Below are positions 31,586 to 41,110 of a stretch of 64,000 bases of DNA, piece by piece. The notes beneath the pieces are model-generated. The model was not told the DNA's origin. It worked only from the letters and a program-made list of their open reading frames with translations, and did not search any database. Source of the stretch: an uncultured delta proteobacterium (GTDB lineage: Bacteria > Desulfobacterota > WTBG01); assembly GCA_963752035.1 (NCBI GenBank), contig CAVVWZ010000065.1, positions 7,817 through 71,816 of the forward strand. Reading direction: 5' to 3'. The first letter of the stretch is position 1. Every line of letters starts with the position of its first letter. Position numbers and translations under genes: made by a program.

Positions 31586-32419
31586 GTGACCAGAAAAGTC
31601 ATTATAAATAACATTGCCATAGGAGGTAATAATCCCCTCGCATTAATAGCCGGTCCCTGTGTCATAGAAGATGTGGATGTTACTCTCGCGATTGCCAGTT
31701 CTTTGAAAGAGATAGCAGCCTCCCTGTCGATACCCTACATATTCAAAACCTCCTATGACAAAGCCAACAGGAGTTCCCTTAAGTCCTATCGTGGGCCCGG
31801 ATTGGAGAAGGGACTTGAAGTAATCCAGATGGTTAAGGAACAGCTTTCAGTTCCCGTTCTGTCGGATGTTCATCGTTTTGAAGAAATACAGCCGGCCTCC
31901 CAAGTGCTCGATATTTTACAGATACCGGCATTTCTCTCCCGGCAGACTGACTTCCTCACTGCGGTAGCGGAAACAGGAAAAGTGGTCAACGTTAAGAAAG
32001 GGCAGTTCATGTCTCCCTACGAAATAAAGAACATAATCGATAAGGTGGCCTCAACGGGCAACCACAGTATACTGCTCACGGAGCGGGGATTCAGTTTCGG
32101 CTATAATAACCTGGTTGCAGACATGCGCTCACTGGTAATCATGCGGGATTTTGGTTACCCAGTGGTATTTGATGCTTCACACAGCGTGCAGCTTCCAGGT
32201 GGGCAGGGAACCGCTTCGGGCGGGCAGCGGCAGTTTGTGAGTTATCTTGCCCGTGCAGCCAGTGCAGTTGGCATTGACGCCCTCTTCATGGAAGTCCACT
32301 CCAATCCCGATAGCGCTTTGTGTGACGCACCAAACATGCTAGACTTACAAACACTTCCTCATCTCCTCAAACAGGTAAAATCAATTGATGATTTGATCAA
32401 AGGTGAAGGAGTTAACTAA
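31586..32419 (+). CDS. kdsA: 3-deoxy-8-phosphooctulonate synthase
   Basis: 277 aa; LIAGPCVIE, SYDKANRSS, FDASHSVQLPG motifs. Confidence 0.9.
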   Translation: MTRKVIINNIAIGGNNPLALIAGPCVIEDVDVTLAIASSLKEIAASLSIPYIFKTSYDKANRSSLKSYRGPGLEKGLEVIQMVKEQLSVPVLSDVHRFEEIQPASQVLDILQIPAFLSRQTDFLTAVAETGKVVNVKKGQFMSPYEIKNIIDKVASTGNHSILLTERGFSFGYNNLVADMRSLVIMRDFGYPVVFDASHSVQLPGGQGTASGGQRQFVSYLARAASAVGIDALFMEVHSNPDSALCDAPNMLDLQTLPHLLKQVKSIDDLIKGEGVN

Positions 32420-32448
32420 CTATTCATCACTAGAGACAACGGCCCGAG

Positions 32449-33447
32449 GTGGAAAAGACCATAGATCCAAAGGAACAAGAGAACGTCATTCAACAGGCAA
32501 AGAAGGTTTTGAATATTGAAGCGGAAGCTATTAAAGCCTTACTCGACAAGATTGATGAACGTTTTGTTAAAGCGGTGGAGCTCCTTAATCAGTGCAGTGG
32601 CAAGGTAATTGTCATTGGTATCGGCAAATCGGGGCTTGTTTCCCAAAAAATTGCTTCCACCTTCGCCTGCACAGGTACACCGGCATTTTTTCTCCATCCG
32701 GCAGAGGGAATTCACGGAGACATCGGCATGCTTTCCAAGGGAGATGTTGCTGTAGCTGTTTCTAACAGTGGCGAAACCCAGGAAATCATTCAGCTGCTGC
32801 CTGTCATCAAACGGTGGGGAATTACACTGATTGTCATGACCGGTAATCCCCGGTCAGTTTTGGCCCAGAGTGGAGATGTCGTACTGGATACGGCAGTTAA
32901 GGAAGAGGCCTGTCCCTTAGGTCTTGTTCCTACAGCCAGCACAACCGCAACGCTGGCAATGGGTGATGCCCTCGCACTGGCACTCTTGAGGAAGAAAGGT
33001 TTTGTGGAGGAAGATTTTGCAATGCTCCACCCTGGAGGAACCCTGGGAAAGAAACTTCTGCTTCGTGTGGAAGATTTCATGCACAAGGGAGATGAGATGC
33101 CTCTCATCAGGGAAGATACCTTAATCAAAGAAGGCTTGCTGGAGATGACCACTAAGCGATTGGGCGTAACGGGGGTGTGCGACAAAAATGGTGCATTTGT
33201 TGGAGTGATAACTGATGGAGATTTGCGCAGAGCCCTGGAGAAGGAGGGTAACGTCCTTAATCAGCATGCCAGTACTATCATGACCCGGAACCCTAAAACT
33301 ATTGCCAAAGAGGACCTGGCAGCCAAGGCCCTCCATCGCATGGAAGAATTTACAATAACATCCCTTTTTATTCTGTCTGATGATGATAGTCACAAACCTG
33401 TTGGAATCATTCACATGCACGATTTACTAAAAGTTGGGGTAGTATAG
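32449..33447 (+). CDS. kdsD: arabinose-5-phosphate isomerase (SIS + tandem CBS)
   Basis: GKVIVIGIGKSGLV SIS motif, C-terminal CBS pair. Confidence 0.85.
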   Translation: MEKTIDPKEQENVIQQAKKVLNIEAEAIKALLDKIDERFVKAVELLNQCSGKVIVIGIGKSGLVSQKIASTFACTGTPAFFLHPAEGIHGDIGMLSKGDVAVAVSNSGETQEIIQLLPVIKRWGITLIVMTGNPRSVLAQSGDVVLDTAVKEEACPLGLVPTASTTATLAMGDALALALLRKKGFVEEDFAMLHPGGTLGKKLLLRVEDFMHKGDEMPLIREDTLIKEGLLEMTTKRLGVTGVCDKNGAFVGVITDGDLRRALEKEGNVLNQHASTIMTRNPKTIAKEDLAAKALHRMEEFTITSLFILSDDDSHKPVGIIHMHDLLKVGVV

Positions 33448-33451
33448 TATT

Positions 33452-33973
33452 GTGGACCTGCAAAAACTGAAATCTATTAAAGTGCTCATCCTCGATGTTG
33501 ACGGAGTATTAACCGACGGCCGAGTTATTTACACCGACAGCGGAGAGGAGATTAAAAGATTTGATGTGCGGGATGGCCACGGACTCAAACTGCTGATGCG
33601 CTCCGGCATAGAAGTGATTCTCCTCACTGGCAGAGAGTCCAAAGTAGTTCTCCATCGAGCGAGGGATTTAGGAATCGAACACGTTTATCAGAAGGCACTC
33701 AATAAGATCGAGGTGTATAAAACAATCCTCGCAGATAGAAACCTGGAAGACAAAGACGTTGGGTTTGTAGGTGACGATCTTGTTGACCTGCCCGTTTTGA
33801 GAAAGGTCGGCTTTTCAGCTGCCGTACCGGATGCAGTTCAGGAAGTAAAAGAAATCGTTGATTACATTACCACTAAAAGGGGAGGAGAAGGAGCGGTAAG
33901 GGAGATTTGCGAACTCTTACTCAAAGCACAGAATAAGTGGGAAGCACTAACTGAAAAGTACTACACAACGTGA
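33452..33973 (+). CDS. kdsC: Kdo-8-phosphate phosphatase (HAD family)
   Basis: LILDVDGVLTDGR HAD motif I, GDDLVDLP motif. Confidence 0.8.
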   Translation: MDLQKLKSIKVLILDVDGVLTDGRVIYTDSGEEIKRFDVRDGHGLKLLMRSGIEVILLTGRESKVVLHRARDLGIEHVYQKALNKIEVYKTILADRNLEDKDVGFVGDDLVDLPVLRKVGFSAAVPDAVQEVKEIVDYITTKRGGEGAVREICELLLKAQNKWEALTEKYYTT

Positions 33974-34019
33974 GCATCCTACCGTTGAAGATGGCAGACA
34001 AAAAGGACATAGATGGCTG

Positions 34020-34593
34020 TTGTATGTTGGAAGTTCTATGAAAAAAATACAATTTATCTTGATAGCAATTGCCTTTTTCACTGTCATTCTGGTCATGGTT
34101 TCTCTTGTGCGGAACACTTCCCCCCCTGAAAACACAAAACCCATGGAAAACCTGCCCCCTCAGGGGGTAGCAATGCAACTTAGCAATGTCCACTATGAAC
34201 AGATTGATCAACATGGCTTTAAAGAGTGGGCACTCGACGCGCAGTCCGCTCAAGTTTTCGAGGCGGAAAAGAAAGTTGCTCTCAAAAAATTGGAGGTAAT
34301 CTTTTTTTCAGATGAGGAAAAGGGGTTCACACTGGTCGCTGACCAGGGAGTAGCTCTATACCGATTCAAAGGATGTCATTGTTTCCGGTAATGTTGTGAC
34401 AACTACCGACCAGGGATTTCAGATCGAATCTGATTCCCTGAAGTATAATTCCCAGGACCGAACAATTTCAACTACTGACCGGGTCACCCTTCGGGGCAAT
34501 AATATGGTTATGAAGGGCAAGGGCATGGTTATCGATGTAGACAAAGAAACCCTGAATCTTTTAGAAGAAGTGAAGGCATCGGAGCAGAAATGA
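34020..34593 (+). CDS. lptC: LPS export protein LptC, interrupted by frameshift near 34356-34372
   Basis: ORF 34020-34391 has N-terminal TM plus beta-jellyroll start; ORF 34396-34593 continues; third frame reads TDSKDVIVSGNVVTTTDQGFQIESDSLKY bridging them. Confidence 0.65.
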
Positions 34594-35192
34594 TCTTACG
34601 ACGACTTCTATCAAGCATTGTCATGCTAAACCTCTTGGTGTTTACCCCTCCTGCACAAGCCGGCGAGACAGCCCGGGTTGCGGTATTACCCTTTGAGATC
34701 TATAGTGATGTGCACAGTACCGCTTTGCAAACAATTATTTCAAAAGATCTCTCTATGTACATAGCAAAAGAAGAGCAGGTTGCAGTTGTAGACCATCAAA
34801 CTATCGCCACCCTGCTGGATAAGTCCTCTCCCGGCTTTAATAAACCTGCTCTGTTGAGCATCGCAGAAAAACTTGAAGCAGACTTCCTGGTACTGGGCAG
34901 CATAACCAAGATTGGTGAAAACATAAGTCTTGACACATACCTATTGAACACACGTGGCACACCTTCCTTTTCCAAAGATTTTACCGAGGGAAAAAATCTG
35001 ACGGTCCTTCTCAATAAAATGGGGACAAAAATCAGTTCTCAAGTTCTTCAGGTTGCCCGCAGCTATCAGGAACTCCAGGAAACAGAAGAGCAAATCGTTT
35101 TCAAGAAACCCGAAGAGACTAAACCGGTGGAGCCTGCTGCGGTGGCTGGTTCGGAGCTACCTGAGTTTGAGTCCCGGGAGGAAGAGGACTGA
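34590..35192 (+). CDS. periplasmic protein with signal peptide and TolB-N/LpoB-like RVAVLPFE motif; may be the N-terminal part of an LptA fusion
   Basis: Signal peptide ...PPAQAGE; acidic E/P-rich tail runs straight into the tandem repeat preceding lptA. Confidence 0.4.
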   Translation: MILRRLLSSIVMLNLLVFTPPAQAGETARVAVLPFEIYSDVHSTALQTIISKDLSMYIAKEEQVAVVDHQTIATLLDKSSPGFNKPALLSIAEKLEADFLVLGSITKIGENISLDTYLLNTRGTPSFSKDFTEGKNLTVLLNKMGTKISSQVLQVARSYQELQETEEQIVFKKPEETKPVEPAAVAGSELPEFESREEED

Positions 35193-35558
35193 AGAACCTG
35201 CAGTGGTCATGCCGAAACCGACGAACTGGAACCTGCCGCTCCAGTCCAGGACCCGTACAGTGAAGCGGGTGATGACCAGCCCTCCGAGACCCCTGCATAG
35301 CAGAATCCGGAGAAGCATTTATTGAAGAAATACAACAGGAAGCGCCTCCACTGGCAGTCCCGGAAGAAGAGGTCGTTGAAGCACCTGCAGTGGTATATGC
35401 CGAAACCGACGAACTGGAACCTGCCGCTCCAGCCCAGGGCCCGGACAGTGAAGCGGGTGATGACCAGCCCTCCGAGACCCCTGCAATAGCAGAATCCGGA
35501 GAAGAATTTATTGAAGAAATACAACAGGAAGCGCCTCCACTAGCAGTCCCGGAAGAAG
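35181..35558 (+). repeat. tandem duplication, 2 copies of about 185-193 bp (copy 1 carries small indels relative to copy 2)
   Basis: 35181-35365 vs 35366-35558: gaagcacctgcagtggtatatgccgaaaccgacgaactggaacctgccgctcc...gaagaaatacaacaggaagcgcctccact. Confidence 0.75.
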
Positions 35559-36190
35559 ATAGGCCCGAAGCAGTTGTCTGGCCTGAAACGGAAGACGAAG
35601 GAGATAAAGCAGCCACAGTGGCACTTCTCCCAAAAACAGAGCGTGAGGAAATTGACAGGGCAGAACAGGAGCCTGCAGATAAATCGTTCTCATCACCATT
35701 TTCCACAGTCAAGCCCGTAAAGATAACCTCAAAAAGCATGGAAGCTGACAATAAGAGAAACATGGTGACCTTCAAAGGAAATGTTATTGTTAAACAGGAA
35801 GATATCGTCATCTCTTCAGACCTGATGAAAGTCTCCTATGAACCTAAAGGAGGAATAAACAAAGTTGAAGCCTCTGGCAATGTTAAAATGTCACAGGAAA
35901 ACAGAATTGCTACCGGTAAAAAGCTGATTTTCTTCAATCCTGAACAAAAAATTGTCATGACAGGCAAACCGAAAATCTGGCAGGGGGACAACCTCATTTC
36001 ATGCGAGAAAGTTACCGTTTTACTGGAAGAAGATAAGATTTTTTTTGAAGGTAAGGTAGATTCCATAATCTACCCCAGGAGCATGCAGGAAGAGCAGAAA
36101 GAAAACAAACAACAGGTAGAAGAAATCACTACCCCTGGTCGTGAAGCTGAAACTGTGGTGGAGCAGGAGGGTTATTCCCCAGAAGAATAA
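35390..36190 (+). CDS. lptA: LPS export periplasmic protein LptA (OstA-like domain); N-terminal boundary uncertain, no signal peptide in this ORF
   Basis: ITSKSMEADNKRNMVTFKGNVIVKQEDIVISSDLMKV...IVMTGKPKIWQGDN OstA-like beta-jellyroll. Confidence 0.7.
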   Translation: MVYAETDELEPAAPAQGPDSEAGDDQPSETPAIAESGEEFIEEIQQEAPPLAVPEEDRPEAVVWPETEDEGDKAATVALLPKTEREEIDRAEQEPADKSFSSPFSTVKPVKITSKSMEADNKRNMVTFKGNVIVKQEDIVISSDLMKVSYEPKGGINKVEASGNVKMSQENRIATGKKLIFFNPEQKIVMTGKPKIWQGDNLISCEKVTVLLEEDKIFFEGKVDSIIYPRSMQEEQKENKQQVEEITTPGREAETVVEQEGYSPEE

Positions 36191-36264
36191 TCCCGCGTAA
36201 TGCACGTCATAGGACACAACAAACCGCTTGGTACTCCATGGCAGGAGGTGTATAATAGAGTTGT

Positions 36265-36988
36265 ATGCAAAAACTTGAAGCAAAAGGCCTTACCAAAAGT
36301 TTCGGTAAACGAATGGTAGTTAATGCTCTGGAATTGAGCCTGCAATCAGGAGAGGTTGTTGGTTTGCTGGGCCCCAATGGTGCAGGGAAAACTACCACCT
36401 TTTATATGATTGCGGGGCTGTATAAACCTGATGCAGGGGCTGTTTATTTGAATGATGAAGACATAACCGGTTACCCGATGTATGTCAGAGCCCGTAAAGG
36501 GATCAGCTATCTTCCCCAAGAAGCATCTGTTTTCAGGAAATTAACCGTAGAAGAAAATGTTGTGGCAATCTTGCAAACCCTCAACATTGACAAAGATGAA
36601 ATACAGGAACGCTCGTTTAAGCTCTTAGATGATCTCGGAATTGCTGCTCTCGCAAAGAGCAAAGCATATGTTCTCTCCGGTGGAGAACGGAGAAGGCTTG
36701 AAATAACCCGGGCTCTGGTTACTTCACCCTTTTTTCTGCTCTTTGATGAACCGTTTACCGGCATTGACCCTATTGCGGTCAGTGACATACAAGATATCAT
36801 CACCCACTTAAAAGAGCAGGGTATTGGAATTCTGATTTCTGACCACAATGTGCGCGAGACTTTAGGGGTGTGTGACAGGGCTTACATCATATCACATGGT
36901 GAAATTTTAGAGTACGGTGATGCACAAACTATTATCTGCAAGCCCCAAGGCTCGGGAGGTCTATCTCGGAGATCGGTTCGAGTTGTAG
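36265..36988 (+). CDS. lptB: LPS export ABC ATPase LptB; C-terminus recovered in +1 frame (…EVYLGDRFEL*), frameshift near 36925-36945
   Basis: Walker A GPNGAGKTT, signature LSGGERRRLE, Walker B LLFDEP; ORF track runs on into hpf because stop is out of frame. Confidence 0.8.
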
Positions 36989-37065
36989 CAGTTTTCACAA
37001 AGAGCACGTACCAGAACGTAAATGCTTCATGGAAGCTTAATAAATCAAGCAGGGAGGATACCACG

Positions 37066-37611
37066 ATGGGAGATGTTTCAGTAACCTTCAGACATTTGGA
37101 AGCTACTCCCGCACTCAGGGAGTATGCGGTTGAAAAGGCATCTAAAATCAGAAGCTACTTTGGTGACCCAAACGAAATTACTGTTGTTCTTTCTTCGGAA
37201 AAGCATCGATACACGGCTGAAGTATTATTGAAAGCAGGCAAAATAACTGCCACAGCAAAGGAAGAAACTGACGATATGTACTCTGCTATCGATATTGCCA
37301 TCGACAAGGTAGAGCGTCAGATAACAAAACACAAAGAGAAACTTAAACACCACAAAGTACACACCACCTCTCAGAACATCTCGAGTTCTTTCGAAACTCC
37401 TTCAGCGCAAAACGGAGAAGGAGAAACACCACCAAAAATTATTAAGAGAGAAAATGTTTACGCTAAACCAATGTCTACCGACGAAGCAGTCCTTCAATTG
37501 AATTTGGCAGACAGTGACTTTTTAGTCTTTATTAACGCGTCGACTGAAAAACTCAATGTCATCTACCATCGAAAAGATGGTGACTACGGGCTCATTGAGC
37601 CAGAAGTATAA
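37066..37611 (+). CDS. hpf: ribosome hibernation promoting factor (long HPF/RaiA)
   Basis: AGGGAGGA 7 nt before ATG 37066; VSVTFRHLEATPALREYAVEK...ITATAKEETDDMYSAIDIAIDKVERQ. Confidence 0.85.
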   Translation: MGDVSVTFRHLEATPALREYAVEKASKIRSYFGDPNEITVVLSSEKHRYTAEVLLKAGKITATAKEETDDMYSAIDIAIDKVERQITKHKEKLKHHKVHTTSQNISSSFETPSAQNGEGETPPKIIKRENVYAKPMSTDEAVLQLNLADSDFLVFINASTEKLNVIYHRKDGDYGLIEPEV

Positions 37612-37635
37612 TCTTTACCCTCTTACAGTACTACT

Positions 37636-38097
37636 ATGAAAATTACAGATATTCTCAATCAGGAACTGGTAATAGCTGACCTTACCTCGCAAACAAAAAA
37701 AGGTGTTCTCGAGGAATTAGTATCGCACCTTTCCCAACAGGAACAGAAGGTCAATCAGGAAGAATTGCTCCGAGTTCTTCTCGAGAGAGAAAAGCTGGGA
37801 AGCACCGGAATCAATGATGGAGTCGCAATTCCCCACGGTAAATTACAGCAGATCGACAAACTCCTGGCATTATTTGGCAGAAGCAGAAAAGGCATTGATT
37901 TTGGGGCATTGGATGGCAAGCCGAGCTATCTCTTTTTCCTTCTGGTTGCACCTGCCAGCTCTGCAGGAGTTCACCTGAAGGCCCTGGCACGCATCTCCCG
38001 CATAGCACGCAGTGAAACCTTCAGGGAAGAGTGCATGAAAGCACAAACCAGTGAAGATCTTTACCAGGTTATAGTACAGGACGATGAGAAGTATTAA
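37636..38097 (+). CDS. ptsN: PTS IIA-Ntr nitrogen regulatory protein
   Basis: 153 aa; GVAIPHGK phosphorylation-site motif. Confidence 0.85.
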   Translation: MKITDILNQELVIADLTSQTKKGVLEELVSHLSQQEQKVNQEELLRVLLEREKLGSTGINDGVAIPHGKLQQIDKLLALFGRSRKGIDFGALDGKPSYLFFLLVAPASSAGVHLKALARISRIARSETFREECMKAQTSEDLYQVIVQDDEKY

Positions 38098-38361
38098 CAG
38101 GAGCCCTTCCTGTCAAATCAATTCCTTCCCTTGAGGCACCTGTACAAGGTTACCGTATGGGGTTAAAGACCTTCATGCAATTCTGGACATTCCTTTTACC
38201 GGCAGGTGCCGATTAATCGTCCGGGGGCTGCTACTCTGTGCTGCCTGCCCGGTGAAATGCAAAGTATATTTCACTAGGGTGCGCGGGGAGCATCACAAGC
38301 GCTGCTTCATCAAGTACCTTTTTCTGCTCCTTTCAGAGGATAAACTTTCAGGGATACCGAC

Positions 38362-39228
38362 ATGCATAAAGTAACCGTAGTAATTATTACAGGGTTATCA
38401 GGCTCAGGCAAGAGCACTGCAATTAGGGCGCTGGAAGACCTGGACTTCTTTTGCATAGACAATCTCCCCCCCATACTGCTGCCAACCTTTTTAGAGCTGT
38501 GTGAAGCTTCCTCTGGTGAGGTTACCAGAATCGCGGTGGTAATGGACATACGGGAGAGGGCATTCTTAAAAAAATACCCGGATATCTTCAAGGAACTGAA
38601 AAAAAAGGGCCAGGAGATAACAATCCTCTTTTTGGAATCGAGTGATGAAATACTGGTAAGGCGTTTCAAAGAAACCCGGCGTCAGCATCCCCTGGCTTCC
38701 CGGGAAACTGTATTAGAAGGAATTCAGAAAGAGCGGATTCAACTGGCAGATTTACGGATGCTTGCAACTGAAATACTTGACACCTCGAACATCAGCATTC
38801 ACCAGTTGAGGAGTATGATTACACATCTTTTTCAGGACAGTGCTGAAAAGAAACAGATGACCATCGTTCTCACTTCGTTTGGATTTAAGTTCGGGATACC
38901 CTATGACGCAGATGTTGTAATGGATGTCAGGTTTTTACCAAATCCGTTTTTTGTCAGTGACCTTCGCCACCTTTCCGGTAATGACAACAAAGTTTACCGA
39001 TACGTAATGAACAACGAAACTGCAAAACGTTTTCAGAAGCGATTCTCCGAGATGATCAACTTTTTAATTCCACTCTATGAAAAGGAAGGGAAAACCTCCC
39101 TTACCATTGGCGTTGGATGTACGGGCGGTCTCCATCGCTCAGTTGCGGTAATAAATCATCTGGAAAAATTGCTCTCGAAAAAGAAGTATCCCCTGAGGGT
39201 AATTCACCGAGATCTTGGAAAAACATAA
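38362..39228 (+). CDS. rapZ: RNase adapter protein RapZ (YhbJ)
   Basis: VVIITGLSGSGKSTA P-loop, FGFKFGIP, GCTGGLHRS motifs. Confidence 0.9.
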   Translation: MHKVTVVIITGLSGSGKSTAIRALEDLDFFCIDNLPPILLPTFLELCEASSGEVTRIAVVMDIRERAFLKKYPDIFKELKKKGQEITILFLESSDEILVRRFKETRRQHPLASRETVLEGIQKERIQLADLRMLATEILDTSNISIHQLRSMITHLFQDSAEKKQMTIVLTSFGFKFGIPYDADVVMDVRFLPNPFFVSDLRHLSGNDNKVYRYVMNNETAKRFQKRFSEMINFLIPLYEKEGKTSLTIGVGCTGGLHRSVAVINHLEKLLSKKKYPLRVIHRDLGKT

Positions 39229-39250
39229 TCTTTTTGAGAGGAACATCTTT

Positions 39251-39676
39251 ATGGTAGGAGTCATCATTGTTACACATGTACAGCTGGCACAGGAATTTTT
39301 GAAGATTGCTCAGCTGATTACCGGCAGCACCCTTGATAATTTTAAGACTGTTTCCATCAACCTCGATGACAATCCCGATGAGGCACGGGACAAATTGCTA
39401 CAGGCTGTAAAAAGTGTAGATACCGGTGATGGCGTTATTATTATCGTGGATATGTTTGGCGGCACCCCTTCCAATATGAGCCTTTCCCTTCTTGCCAAGG
39501 GGAAAATTGAAATTGTAACCGGTGCTAATCTTCCTATGATTATTGAAGCTGCAAGCAAGAGCACAGAAGTTGGGCTTGATGAACTGGTAAACATACTCAC
39601 ATCGAGCGGTCAAACGGCAATTCGCTCAGCCGGCGAAATCCTGGATACAAAGATAGCGGAGAGAAAGGAACGTTAA
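39251..39676 (+). CDS. PTS EIIA component, mannose/fructose family
   Basis: MVGVIIVTHVQLAQEF...DMFGGTPSN; conserved position after rapZ. Confidence 0.7.
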   Translation: MVGVIIVTHVQLAQEFLKIAQLITGSTLDNFKTVSINLDDNPDEARDKLLQAVKSVDTGDGVIIIVDMFGGTPSNMSLSLLAKGKIEIVTGANLPMIIEAASKSTEVGLDELVNILTSSGQTAIRSAGEILDTKIAERKER

Positions 39677-39677
39677 T

Positions 39678-40163
39678 GTGCATCGCAACAAGCACGAATC
39701 GCCATTGAAACTATCCTTTGACATTGTTGAGATGGAACTGGCTGACATAAATGACCTCATGGAGATTGAACGGCTTTCCTTTCCCACCCCGTGGTCAAAG
39801 GACTTTTTTGTGAAGGAATATCATTCTCGGTTTTCAAAAGTTTTCCTGGTAAAGTCCCGTCAGCCGGACAAACAGAAAGTGATCGCTTATATTTGCTTGT
39901 GGTTTGTGTTCGAAGAGGTTCACATCCTGAACCTTGCATGCCATCCTCATTTTAGAAGACAGAAAGTGGCAACCGCTCTCATCGAGCACTGCCTGCATCT
40001 TTCTTTCGAAAACGGTACAAAAAAAGCTTTTTTAGAAGTGCGGGAATCAAATGATGGAGCACGGGCACTCTACACCCGGTGTGGGTTTAAACCAATCGGT
40101 TTGAGAAAGGGTTATTACTCAGATACGCGGGAAGATGCGATTGTTATGTTTCTCGAAATGTAA
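39678..40163 (+). CDS. rimI: GNAT N-acetyltransferase, RimI-like (real start may be ATG at 39729)
   Basis: IERLSFPTPWSKDFF ... NLACHPHFRRQKVATAL acetyl-CoA binding motif. Confidence 0.7.
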   Translation: MHRNKHESPLKLSFDIVEMELADINDLMEIERLSFPTPWSKDFFVKEYHSRFSKVFLVKSRQPDKQKVIAYICLWFVFEEVHILNLACHPHFRRQKVATALIEHCLHLSFENGTKKAFLEVRESNDGARALYTRCGFKPIGLRKGYYSDTREDAIVMFLEM

Positions 40164-40202
40164 GCACCCTTCTCCTGCACCAGCAAGAACTAGTACGGAA
40201 CA

Positions 40203-41078
40203 ATGTATACTATGCCACACATTATCTTTAACCGTAAAGTTGCTGACGATTACTATAAAATGAGGATTCTGTGCCCTGCAGTAGCTGCCAAGGCAAAGCC
40301 AGGACAGTTTGTCATGATACGGACAGCCGATGCCTGGGATCCGCTACTGCGCCGTCCATTAGGTATTCATAGAGCATGTTTTGAACGGGAGACTGCAAAC
40401 GCAAAGGAGTCACGTTCGTGCATCGAGATACTCTATCGTGTTGTGGGGAAAGGCACACTCATGCTTTCTAAAAAGCAAAGGGGGGAAACCATCGATCTCC
40501 TTGGTCCTCTGGGCAATGGATTTTCCATTGACCGAAATCTTAAAACAGCGGTCCTGGTGGCAGGAGGTATCGGTGTAGCCCCACTCTTCTCATTAGCACA
40601 GGCACTAAAGGAACGTAAATCTGCCATCGCTGGAAAAATCAAACTGATCGCCTTTCTCGGTGGGAAGACTGCTGCAGATATCCTGTGCCGCAGAGACTTA
40701 GAAAAAATGGGAGCCACGGTCTCGGTGAGCACAGAAGATGGCAGTTCCGGCAGCAAGGGAATGGTTACTGATCTGCTCCCTGGTTTTTTTGAAGATTTGC
40801 CTCCTGTGGAAGAGAGGCACCTCTCCCTGTTTGCCTGTGGACCGCTACCCATGCTTCATGCTTTATCAGAATTTGCACGTTCACGGAAATTGCCCTGCCA
40901 GGTTTCCCTGGAAAGCAGAATGGCCTGTGGAGTAGGAGCCTGTGTCGGCTGCAGTATCCCCATACGCTCCGCTGAAAGCACACTGCCAGCCTATCAAAGG
41001 GCATGCACGGAAGGGCCAGTCTTTGAGAGCTCAGTCATTCTCTGGAATGACCCACATTTGTCCGCTCCCAACGGATAG
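40203..41078 (+). CDS. pyrK: dihydroorotate dehydrogenase electron-transfer subunit (FAD/NAD + 2Fe-2S)
   Basis: RPLGIH FAD motif; C-terminal CGVGACVGC cluster. Confidence 0.8.
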   Translation: MYTMPHIIFNRKVADDYYKMRILCPAVAAKAKPGQFVMIRTADAWDPLLRRPLGIHRACFERETANAKESRSCIEILYRVVGKGTLMLSKKQRGETIDLLGPLGNGFSIDRNLKTAVLVAGGIGVAPLFSLAQALKERKSAIAGKIKLIAFLGGKTAADILCRRDLEKMGATVSVSTEDGSSGSKGMVTDLLPGFFEDLPPVEERHLSLFACGPLPMLHALSEFARSRKLPCQVSLESRMACGVGACVGCSIPIRSAESTLPAYQRACTEGPVFESSVILWNDPHLSAPNG

Positions 41079-41110
41079 CCCTTGAGCGAGGAGAACCCAG
41101 GTCCCTACTA

